A stretch of 32,859 nucleotides of DNA from Lachnospiraceae bacterium (GTDB taxonomy: Bacteria; Bacillota; Clostridia; Lachnospirales; Lachnospiraceae): positions 1 through 32,859 of the forward strand of contig JAZRKZ010000235.1 in assembly GCA_045646565.1 (NCBI GenBank), in the 5' to 3' direction. How positions within the stretch are numbered: the stretch's first letter is position 1; each line of letters opens with the position of its first letter. The translations under genes and the position numbers were made by a program. This document shows positions 9,361 through 17,699 of this stretch, piece by piece. Under the pieces are notes generated by a model that made no database searches, was not told where the DNA came from, and worked only from the letters and a program-made list of their open reading frames with translations.

Positions 9361-9451
9361 CAATGATTTATGGAGATGAGAGCGCATGAAAAGCCTTATC
9401 GCAAAAACTTTTTCTTGCTGGTGCCGAAGAGTCGTCCGGAGGTAGTAAAAC

Positions 9452-9901
9452 GTGGAACGAAGAGAAAGTGTAGTCCTTGAAAACATGTGCATGATACGAG
9501 ATGGGTCGAAGGTACTGGTCGAGGACAAGATCGGAAAGGATATAAGGGGAATCATTTTTCCGGGTGGTCACGTCGAGGAGCATGAGCCTATAGTTGATTC
9601 TGTCATTCGAGAGATAAGAGAAGAAACAGGACTTACAATCGAAGACCCGGTTCTTTGCGGTGTGAAAAACTGGATTGATGAGGACGGTACAAGATACATA
9701 GTGTTTCTCTTCAAGGCGGAGAAGTATTCAGGGACGCTGACCTCGTCATCCGAAGGCCGGGTATTCTGGGTCGAGATAAATGAAGTCTTGAATCTCCCCT
9801 GGATATGGGGAATGGACGACCTGATGAAGATATTTGCAGAAGGTGGTTTCTCGGAATTATTCTTGAGCGCAGAAGATGGATGGAAATCTGTTCTGAAATA
9901 A
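9452..9901 (+). CDS. Nudix hydrolase (MutT/MutX-like)
   Basis: Nudix box GGHVEEHEPIVDSVIREIREETGL; GGAGG before GTG. Confidence 0.9.
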   Translation: MERRESVVLENMCMIRDGSKVLVEDKIGKDIRGIIFPGGHVEEHEPIVDSVIREIREETGLTIEDPVLCGVKNWIDEDGTRYIVFLFKAEKYSGTLTSSSEGRVFWVEINEVLNLPWIWGMDDLMKIFAEGGFSELFLSAEDGWKSVLK

Positions 9902-9941
9902 AATGATTTGCGAAGATGTGATGGAACGACACGAGTAGTAA

Positions 9942-10289
9942 ATGGTTTTAATCAGAGGTATCATCATGGAGATAATCATTTGGCTTGTTATTCTTATACC
10001 GTGCAGCCTTTTGTTTACTGGTATCGGGGTCTATGCCTGGCGGCGTGAAAAGCCCATGTGGTTTTGGTCCGGATCCACAGTCAGGGAAGATGAGATTACC
10101 GATGTGAAGGCGTATAACAGGGAGAATGGAATCATGTGGATCTGCTATTCTCTTGTCTTCTGGATCAGCACGATCATGGGTATTTGGAAGGTTTCGGCAG
10201 CGGGGCTTGTCCTTACTATGGGCTGTCTTGGAGGCATTCCGATTCTTGTCCTCACTTATAACAGAATCTACAGGAAGTATAAGAGATAA
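9942..10289 (+). CDS. Small membrane protein with about 3 TM helices
   Basis: Three hydrophobic segments; start may be ATG 9966 after GAGG. Confidence 0.75.
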   Translation: MVLIRGIIMEIIIWLVILIPCSLLFTGIGVYAWRREKPMWFWSGSTVREDEITDVKAYNRENGIMWICYSLVFWISTIMGIWKVSAAGLVLTMGCLGGIPILVLTYNRIYRKYKR

Positions 10290-10373
10290 TTGCAGGAAAA
10301 TGGAATGTCTTCTGTCTCACTTTGATCTTTGTTAGGAAGAATGTTGTTACACTTGAATAGGGAAGGAGAGAAC

Positions 10374-11219
10374 ATGTCAGATTTAAGAGATAAGGTCGCA
10401 ATCGTGACCGGAGCAAATTCCGGTATGGGAATGGCCACGGTGGAGGCGCTCAGCGATAAGGGCGCTTTTGTGATAATGCTCTGCAGAAGTGAAGAGCGGG
10501 GCAGGAAAGCCCTTGCCGAACTGGCAAGCAAGAAAGAGCGGAATCTGGATCTTATGATCTGTGATCTGGGGGATTTTGCGTCGATCCGCAGCTTTGCCCA
10601 GAGTGTGAAGGCAAAGTATCCGCATATTGATATTCTTGTTAACAACGCAGGTTTTATTTCCCTTGACCGGCAGGAAACTAAGGAGGGCATAGAGAGACAG
10701 TTTGGAATTAATCACCTTGGTCACTTCCTGCTTACGATGCAGCTTTTGGATCAAATGCCTGCCGGTTCCAGAATCGTAAATGTTGCTTCCGGTGCGCATA
10801 AAGTGGGGAAGATCCATTTTAACGATATTAATCTTTGCCATGGATACAATGTGGTCAGGGCCTATTCTCAGAGCAAGCTCGCAAATGTTCTGTTTACCAG
10901 AGAACTGGCAGTAAGGCTGAAGGATAGAGGCATCACTGTCAACTGTTGTCATCCGGGAGCCGTTGCCACAAACATGGGCGTTGATCGGGAGACCGGGGTC
11001 GGAAAAACGATCACGAGAATGTTGAAACCGTTTTTCCTGACGCCGGCGGAAGGTGCCGAAACTGCCATCTACCTCGCAACAGACGAGGCGGTCGGTCATA
11101 TTTCCGGGGGATATTTCTACAAATGCCGGATTGCAAAATCTTCAAAGCGTTCGAAGAGCAGGCGGACTGCCAGAAAATTATTTGAGCTGAGTGAGGAGAT
11201 GGTTCGGCTCGGAACTTGA
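10374..11219 (+). CDS. SDR family oxidoreductase (retinol dehydrogenase/WWOX-like)
   Basis: TGANSGMG, LVNNAG, NHLGHF, YSQSK, HPGAVAT; ATG 10374 after AAGGAG. Confidence 0.92.
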   Translation: MSDLRDKVAIVTGANSGMGMATVEALSDKGAFVIMLCRSEERGRKALAELASKKERNLDLMICDLGDFASIRSFAQSVKAKYPHIDILVNNAGFISLDRQETKEGIERQFGINHLGHFLLTMQLLDQMPAGSRIVNVASGAHKVGKIHFNDINLCHGYNVVRAYSQSKLANVLFTRELAVRLKDRGITVNCCHPGAVATNMGVDRETGVGKTITRMLKPFFLTPAEGAETAIYLATDEAVGHISGGYFYKCRIAKSSKRSKSRRTARKLFELSEEMVRLGT

Positions 11220-11274
11220 ACAGACAGAGCAAAGATTCGTTCTGAGTGAGGATTGGAAAAGCAATAGCTGTGTC

Positions 11275-11332
11275 TGCGATGGATGCGGCAGACAGAAAGC
11301 GGTCGGGCGGCAGGTATGCACAGTTCATGAAG
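11275..11332 (+). repeat. Remnant copy of an internal nanE segment (7034-7071)
   Basis: TGCGATGGATGCGGCAGACAGAAAGCGGTCGGGCGGCA matches 7034-7071 at 35/38. Confidence 0.75.
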
Positions 11333-11345
11333 GATGCGATCATCG

Positions 11346-12701
11346 CTACTGCATGAATTTCACGATAATGCATGTTCCCTGATCCGGTTCACTCTCTACG
11401 GATATCTTCGCATTATGTATTTCCGCAATATGTTTTACTATGGCAAGTCCAAGGCCGGTTCCGCCTGTTTCGCGAGACCGGCTTTTGTCTATCCGATAGA
11501 AGCGCTCGAAGATGCGTTCCTGTTCACTCTTCGGAATGCCGATACCGCTGTCCGAAACGGAGATGAACGGACAAGCGTCCTCTAATCCGGTACGGACAAG
11601 GATGGACCCGTTTTCACGGTTGTACTGGATAGCGTTCTGTATCAGGTTCTCGATAAGTTCTTTCATGAGATCGCGGTCTGCTGTAAGGACTGCAGGCTGA
11701 CATTGGCAGGTCAGTGACAGGCGGTGTTTTTCTGCGCTGACGCGCAGATTGGCACTGCACTCCTCCGCGATATCCTTTAAATCTGCTGATGTGAATTTTC
11801 TCGGCAGTTCCTTGTGATCCAGCTCGGACAGGCGTATGATATCGTTTATGAGGGATAGAAGTCGATTGGAATTATGATGGATCTGCTCTGCTATATGAGG
11901 AATCTGTTCGCTTCCCACCATACCGGTCTCAATAAGCTCCGCATAACCGGAGATGGCTGTCAGGGGAGTTTTCAGCTCGTGAGAAATATTGGCGGTGAAA
12001 TCCTGACGCACGGAAGCCGCTTCCAGGATATTTTCGTGCTGGGCGCGGATCTTGTCGGCGAAAGGCAGAAGCTCCCTGTAGACGGGGCTCTTAATGGGGG
12101 AATCCAGATGCTCCGCCATATCGTTCAGAGGTTTAATGAGCTGAAGAGAGAGAAAATGCCCTAAAATGATACAGATTACCAGAAAGACCGCGCATATGCC
12201 GAGAATAACAGGAAGCGAACTGACAAAGACACTTGTGATGGAGCTGGCTTCTGCCGATGTGCGGAGAATGGTCCCGTCTTCGAGCAGAAGCGCACAGTAG
12301 AATGTACTCAGATTGAATGTGTCTGAGCGTCGAACAATTTCACCGGATCCGGTCTCTATGGCTTCCCGGATCTCCGGGCGGTCCAGATGATTGGCAAGGC
12401 CGGATACGTCGGCTCCGTTGTCATAAAGCACGGTGCCGTCGCTTGAAATCCAGGTGATTCTTGGGTTATTACGCTTCAGCTCGATAAGGGCAGCGCTTTC
12501 CACATATGCATTGGCGTCTTCTGTCCCCGCATAGGCGGACTGAAAGACACCGGTGTCGGCGAGCAGGCGGGTGTACAGGGAAAGATCCTTTTTGACCTGC
12601 GTCTGAAACAGGCTGTAGTAGACCAGCGTGATGCCGAACGCGGCGGAAAGTACAGCTACCAGAGCTATGAGAGACAGACTTAGATTGATCTTTTGCTTCA
12701 T
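11346..12701 (-). CDS. Sensor histidine kinase, PhoR-like
   Basis: Two TM helices; FTANISHELKTPLT, NLIQNAIQY, DSGIGI, IFERFYRIDKSRSRETGGTGLGLAIVKH. Confidence 0.92.
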   Translation of the reverse strand: MKQKINLSLSLIALVAVLSAAFGITLVYYSLFQTQVKKDLSLYTRLLADTGVFQSAYAGTEDANAYVESAALIELKRNNPRITWISSDGTVLYDNGADVSGLANHLDRPEIREAIETGSGEIVRRSDTFNLSTFYCALLLEDGTILRTSAEASSITSVFVSSLPVILGICAVFLVICIILGHFLSLQLIKPLNDMAEHLDSPIKSPVYRELLPFADKIRAQHENILEAASVRQDFTANISHELKTPLTAISGYAELIETGMVGSEQIPHIAEQIHHNSNRLLSLINDIIRLSELDHKELPRKFTSADLKDIAEECSANLRVSAEKHRLSLTCQCQPAVLTADRDLMKELIENLIQNAIQYNRENGSILVRTGLEDACPFISVSDSGIGIPKSEQERIFERFYRIDKSRSRETGGTGLGLAIVKHIAEIHNAKISVESEPDQGTCIIVKFMQ

Positions 12702-13363
12702 GAAATCAGATACCCCACATTTCTGACAGTTCCGATCTGGCTGCCGCAGGCTCCCAGTTTGCGCCGAAGAGTTTTTATGTGCATGTCTACCGTTCGGGTC
12801 TCTCCCGCATAATCTGTTTCCCAGACGGCCCGCATGATAGCTTCCCGGGACAGAACGACCTTCGAATTGATCATCAGGAAGCGGAGCAGTTCAAACTCCT
12901 TAAAGGTGAGATCAATTTGATTTTCACCGGCATATACTGTGTGATGGTCTTGGTCCAAGCGTATATCCCCCACACAGATAAGGCTGGTGTTCTCCGTTGT
13001 TCGCCGGAGCAGTGCCCGCACGCGGGAGAGCAGTTCCATGATGGAGAACGGCTTTCGTACATAGTCGTCTGCGCCGCTGTCCAGGCCTCTGACAAGGTCG
13101 ATCTCTGTGGTCCTCGCCGTAACCATGATCACGGGGATTTTCGCGGTGAGAGGGTTCTTTCTGAGTTTTCGGATGATATCATATCCATCCTGGTCCGGAA
13201 GCATAATGTCAAGAAGCACCAGATCAGGCAAGAGCTCGTCTATTGAGAGAAAGAATTTGTCAGCCCGGTCGAAAGCCGCTACGTCGTAATTACTGTTCTT
13301 TAGAGCAATCATCTCTATTTCACGGATACTCGAATCATCTTCAATAATATAGATTAATGGCAT
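12698..13363 (-). CDS. OmpR/PhoB-family response regulator (PhoP-like)
   Basis: IEDD, LLDIMLP, GADDYVRKPF, RTVDMHIKTLRRKL; 4-nt overlap with the kinase. Confidence 0.93.
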   Translation of the reverse strand: MPLIYIIEDDSSIREIEMIALKNSNYDVAAFDRADKFFLSIDELLPDLVLLDIMLPDQDGYDIIRKLRKNPLTAKIPVIMVTARTTEIDLVRGLDSGADDYVRKPFSIMELLSRVRALLRRTTENTSLICVGDIRLDQDHHTVYAGENQIDLTFKEFELLRFLMINSKVVLSREAIMRAVWETDYAGETRTVDMHIKTLRRKLGACGSQIGTVRNVGYLIS

Positions 13364-13470
13364 ATACTTTCCTCGGTTTTCGGTCTACATAACTGCTTCG
13401 TAAAAATCACCGCAAGAGCTGCTGTCTGCAGCATTTAAAGGCGGAGGATAAGCCTGAACATAAAAGGGGG

Positions 13471-15111
13471 TCAGTGTTCTGTATGATCCGTATGGTCAAT
13501 GAGCGCGTGAGCGATATTGATCGCGTGGTCGGAACAACGTTCCAGATCCGTGACCATATCTATAAAGATGACTCCGGCCACCGGATGACAGATCTCGTTC
13601 ATAAGACGCTGAATATGGCCATTTACACAGGCTGTCTGCAGATCATCAACATGCTGTTCAAAAAGATCTGCTTCCGATAGCGCGCCGACATCTTCGCTCT
13701 CAAAAATACGGAGCGAACAATCGACGGACTTTAGAGCGGCCTCGCTCAGATTTCGAAGTTCCGCCATTGCCGTATCGGACATGGATGCCTTCTGCGCTTT
13801 GAAGGTACCGGCATACTCCGCGATGTTTTCCGCGTAATCTGAAATCCTCTCAATATCAGACGCCGTCAGAAGGAGCTGGGATAACTTGTTTGCGTCAGCC
13901 GGAGGATATTCGTTCGAACGCAGAGAGATCAGGCGCTCCTGAATCTTATCCGTTAGGATATCAATCGTTTCTTCAATCTCAGCCACAGATTCCGCCAGAC
14001 GATCATTCTGGGTGAAAAAGCAGCGGATCGCGGTATCCAGACATTCTCTCGCCAGACCGCCCATTCGCAGGAGCTCGAGTTTTGCCTGTTGAATCGCCAG
14101 CGAAGAAGGCAGCCCTCTGGTCTGGATGAGATATTGCAGCTTCCTGTCCTCCACGGAACGGCTTTCATCCGATTGGACCGGAACGACTTTCTTTGACAGC
14201 GCCACGATCTGATTTGCAAACGGGAACTCAATGAGGACTGCAAGTATCGCGAAAATTGTATGGGTGTTTGCGACCTGGTGACCGACATCCCCGGGGGTGA
14301 GATTCTGGATCATCTCTGTGAAGCCCGGGAATACCGCTACCAGGATGAGCATCAGGGCAGCGCGGAACAGATTGAACAGAAGGTTCAATACGGCGCTTCG
14401 CTTGCCGTTCCTGTTGGTCGTCAGTGATGCCAGAAGGTTCGGGGTGACAGACCCGATGGCGGCGCCGATGACCAGATATACAGTCATATCATAGCCGATA
14501 AGTCCCTGCACTGTAAAGGTCTGGAAAATGACGACCGACGACGAGGAGCTCTGCAGCAGCGCTGTGAACAGGACTCCGAAGAGGACCGCAATCGCCGGAT
14601 TTTCCAGTGTCGCAAGGAAGGAAATGAACGCAGCGCTCTTTGACAGCGGGACGATGGCGGACTTGATCACGGAAATGCCGAAGAAAAGCATTCCGAATCC
14701 GAGGATAATGGAGCCCGTATATTTTATCGCGTTCTTTTTGACAAAGAGGTACAGGACCGCACCGACAAAAAGGATAAAGGGCGCATAATCGCTCAGATTG
14801 AAGGCTGTGATCTGGGCTGTGACAGTCGTACCGATGTTAGCCCCCATGATGACGCCGATTGCCTGAGCCAGGGTCATGAGTCCGGAGTTGACAAAACTGA
14901 TGACCATCATGTCTGTCGCGGAGGAACTCTGGACCAGAAGAGTTACAAGGATACCTACAGCAACAGCAACTAAGCGGTTCGAGGTCGCATGTTCCAGTAT
15001 GGAGCGGAGCTTGTTGCCGGCTGCCAGTTTAAGTCCCTGGGACATCAGGCTCATACCGTAGAGGAAGAGTCCGACGCCGCCGAGTAAAGTAAAAAATTCG
15101 AACAGAGTCAT
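13471..15111 (-). CDS. Na+/Pi cotransporter with C-terminal PhoU-like domains
   Basis: LGGVGLFLYGM, QSSSAT, GANIGTT, second QSSS repeat, DIERISD and DLERCSDHA; ATG 15111 after AAGGAG. Confidence 0.93.
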   Translation of the reverse strand: MTLFEFFTLLGGVGLFLYGMSLMSQGLKLAAGNKLRSILEHATSNRLVAVAVGILVTLLVQSSSATDMMVISFVNSGLMTLAQAIGVIMGANIGTTVTAQITAFNLSDYAPFILFVGAVLYLFVKKNAIKYTGSIILGFGMLFFGISVIKSAIVPLSKSAAFISFLATLENPAIAVLFGVLFTALLQSSSSSVVIFQTFTVQGLIGYDMTVYLVIGAAIGSVTPNLLASLTTNRNGKRSAVLNLLFNLFRAALMLILVAVFPGFTEMIQNLTPGDVGHQVANTHTIFAILAVLIEFPFANQIVALSKKVVPVQSDESRSVEDRKLQYLIQTRGLPSSLAIQQAKLELLRMGGLARECLDTAIRCFFTQNDRLAESVAEIEETIDILTDKIQERLISLRSNEYPPADANKLSQLLLTASDIERISDYAENIAEYAGTFKAQKASMSDTAMAELRNLSEAALKSVDCSLRIFESEDVGALSEADLFEQHVDDLQTACVNGHIQRLMNEICHPVAGVIFIDMVTDLERCSDHAINIAHALIDHTDHTEH

Positions 15112-15141
15112 AATATCTCCTTTTGAGTTTGCAAAATTTTC

Positions 15142-15201
15142 GATATTGTAGCACGGCCATGTAAAAGTCAAAGGGAGCATTATGTAAAAAGCGCGTAAAA
15201 A
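15142..15201 (-). promoter_or_regulatory. Candidate promoter and Pho-box-like TTTAC repeats for the Na/Pi operon
   Basis: Minus strand: TTTTTACgcgcTTTTTACAtaat...TTTTACA...TGcTACAAT (extended -10). The first two repeats are 11 nt apart. Confidence 0.45.
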
Positions 15202-15255
15202 GCAAGAGGTACAGGAACGGTGATATAACGGTCAAATGTACCGAAAGGGAGTTTT

Positions 15256-16698
15256 ATGAAGAAAACATATATAACAACGATGCCGGATCACATAGGGGCT
15301 TTTCTGAAGGCGAGCGAGTGCTTCGCGAAGCTCGGTATCAATATCACGAGAGTCAGCTATAATAAAGCGATCGACTCGCACACTCTTTTCATTGACGCGG
15401 AGGGAACGGAGGAAGAACTCCGACAGGCAGACGCTATTCTGACTGAAATTGGATATCTGCAGGATCTGAAGAACGAGAGCAGCATCGTTCTTCTGGAATT
15501 TATGCTGGAAGACCATCCGGGCAGTGTCACTGAGGTGCTCAGGCTGATCCACGAATACAGGCTGAACATATCCTACATCAGCTCGCAGGAAGACGGGACT
15601 CCCTATCAGGCCTTTAAAATGGGTCTCTATATTGAAAATGAGAAGGATCTGAAGGCCTTTCTTGCAGACGCTGAACGTCTCTGTCCGGTCCGCGTGCTGG
15701 ATTATAATCACTCGGAGAAGGTCTTCGATAACAGTATTTTTTATCGGTCATTTGTGAGTGACCTCGTAGAGTGCCTCGGACTTACCGAGAGTATCCGGGA
15801 TGATCTTATGGTAAATACCAACGTCGTCATGCAGATGCTTGATGAAAAAGGACAATCTCCCTACAAGACATTTGAGGGGATCAGCCGTCTTGCCCATATG
15901 CTGGCTGCATGCCGGGGACCGCGTTTTTCACCGCGAAAGACCCGCCACAAAATCACGGATAACACGGAAATCATATTGATCGAGCCGCCCTGCGGGAGCA
16001 ATACGATTATTCTTGTGAGCAACGGTCAGGTCTTGTTCATCGACAGCGGGTATGCGCTTTACCGCGAGGAGATGGAGAGTATTTTCAGAGAGCTCCTGCC
16101 TGAATATGATTCGATGCGAAAAATGATTTATATAACGCACGCCGACGTAGACCACTGCGGTCTGCTCCCGCTCTTTGACGAGATCATTGCCAGCGAGGAC
16201 ACGAAAGAGTGTCTTACTCTTGAAGCGGAAGGGGCAAATGCATACCGCGAGCAAAATCCGCTTCACAAACCGTACATCAATATATGCAAAGCACTGACTC
16301 TTTACGGCCCTCCGAAGCCGGAGAAGGTCACAGCTATGTGGAATTCTCCGAAAGAACAGAGCGAACCCCTTGCGCAGATCGGCTTTTTCGATTTCGGCGA
16401 GATGCATTTTGAGGTCTATCAGGGGAAGGGCGGCCATCTGAAAGGAGAGACGGTCCTCATCGATTACGCGCATCACATCGTTTTTTCCGGAGATATCTTT
16501 ATCAATATTCGGGGACTTACGAAGGAGCAGGCAGAGTACAACCAGTACGCGCCGATTCTCATGACGTCTGTCGACACGGACCCGGCCTTATGTGCGCTGG
16601 AGAGAAAGGCAATTTTTCAGCGGCTCGGGGAGGGAGAGTGGCAGATCTTTGGTGCCCACGGTATGAAAAAAGAATATCGGCTGCACGTTGAAGTATGA
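15256..16698 (+). CDS. Tandem ACT domains fused to a metallo-beta-lactamase-fold hydrolase
   Basis: MPDHIGAFLKASECFAKLGINI and LEDHPGSVTEVLRLIHEYRLNI (ACT-like); FIDSG, THADVDHCG, GGHLKGE, FSGD, GAHG (MBL fold). Confidence 0.85.
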   Translation: MKKTYITTMPDHIGAFLKASECFAKLGINITRVSYNKAIDSHTLFIDAEGTEEELRQADAILTEIGYLQDLKNESSIVLLEFMLEDHPGSVTEVLRLIHEYRLNISYISSQEDGTPYQAFKMGLYIENEKDLKAFLADAERLCPVRVLDYNHSEKVFDNSIFYRSFVSDLVECLGLTESIRDDLMVNTNVVMQMLDEKGQSPYKTFEGISRLAHMLAACRGPRFSPRKTRHKITDNTEIILIEPPCGSNTIILVSNGQVLFIDSGYALYREEMESIFRELLPEYDSMRKMIYITHADVDHCGLLPLFDEIIASEDTKECLTLEAEGANAYREQNPLHKPYINICKALTLYGPPKPEKVTAMWNSPKEQSEPLAQIGFFDFGEMHFEVYQGKGGHLKGETVLIDYAHHIVFSGDIFINIRGLTKEQAEYNQYAPILMTSVDTDPALCALERKAIFQRLGEGEWQIFGAHGMKKEYRLHVEV

Positions 16699-16750
16699 TA
16701 TATCTACCGGCATATTGTTGGTTTTTTATGACAAACATTCCTATCTTTTG

Positions 16751-16803
16751 TTGACACTCAATCTGGGCAACCTTATACTGAATATAGGTTAGTTAGTACT
16801 AAT
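16751..16803 (+). promoter_or_regulatory. Sigma70/SigA promoter with a downstream palindromic operator candidate
   Basis: TTGACA (16751)-17 nt-TATACT (16774), then GTTAG-N6-CTAAT at 16788-16803. Confidence 0.75.
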
Positions 16804-16909
16804 TTTAAATCGACATGATTTATGATTAGAACGGATTGTCTAACTGTATTATGTCAGCGTATGCCCACAAGGCACGAGAAAGCGGATTGCTTTCAGAAGG
16901 AGGAATTGA

Positions 16910-17692
16910 ATGAGCAACAGAGATGCAATCATCATTTTAGCCAGCGTCGGAACGACTGTTATCCGCGCGAAAGAAGTCACATATGCCCAGATCCAGAAAG
17001 AACTGGCTGACTATTCCGGCCTTGAAGTTCTTCAGGTGTTCACGGATGACTCTGCCGCCCACGCTATGTCTGAGCCGGATGACAGAATTTACACAGTTGA
17101 AGAGGCCCTTGAGAGAGCAATCGCGAAAGGGTATTCCAAGGTCATCGCCGTTCCGGTATTTATGACAAAGGGTCAGCTCTACAATGAGCTGAAGAGCCGC
17201 CTCGACTTCTATCTTGACCGTCTTGAGATCAAGATGACAGATTCGGTCCTCTATGACGCGAAGTCCTGCAGGGAATTCGTTGAGATCTTCGAGACGATCC
17301 ACACGCCGGACCCGAAGAGGGAGTATCTCTTCGTTGAGCATGGCAATCCGTATTACCACTGCGCTGCAAATACATACCTGCAGAAAGCTTTCGATGAGAA
17401 AGGCTATGCAAATACTAAAGTCATTCAGCTCAAAGAGCGCGACAGCTTTGGCCAGGCAATTGCTTTCCTGAAGGAAAGGAAAGCCGATGAGACGGGTGCT
17501 CAGGTCGTTGTTGTTCCTCTCATCGTGGCATGGGGTGATTACATGGCCAATGAGCTTTATAATTCACAGGATTCATTTGTATGGAGACTCAAGAACGCAG
17601 GCTATCGCACAGTATTCACAGGTGCCGGCCTCGGTGAATTCGAGCAGTTCCGCAAGATTTATTTCAAGAGACTGGACGCAGTGAAGGAGTAA
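16910..17692 (+). CDS. CbiK-like (class II chelatase fold) protein, divergent
   Basis: [61 protein letters not shown] follow the CbiK motif order; AAGGAGG RBS. Confidence 0.75.
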   Translation: MSNRDAIIILASVGTTVIRAKEVTYAQIQKELADYSGLEVLQVFTDDSAAHAMSEPDDRIYTVEEALERAIAKGYSKVIAVPVFMTKGQLYNELKSRLDFYLDRLEIKMTDSVLYDAKSCREFVEIFETIHTPDPKREYLFVEHGNPYYHCAANTYLQKAFDEKGYANTKVIQLKERDSFGQAIAFLKERKADETGAQVVVVPLIVAWGDYMANELYNSQDSFVWRLKNAGYRTVFTGAGLGEFEQFRKIYFKRLDAVKE

Positions 17693-17699
17693 AGATTAT

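Noticed and set aside
2761-11340. Classical integron attC sites between the accessory genes
   Set aside because: I found no consistent RYYYAAC...GTTRRRY palindromic sites and no integron integrase in the window.
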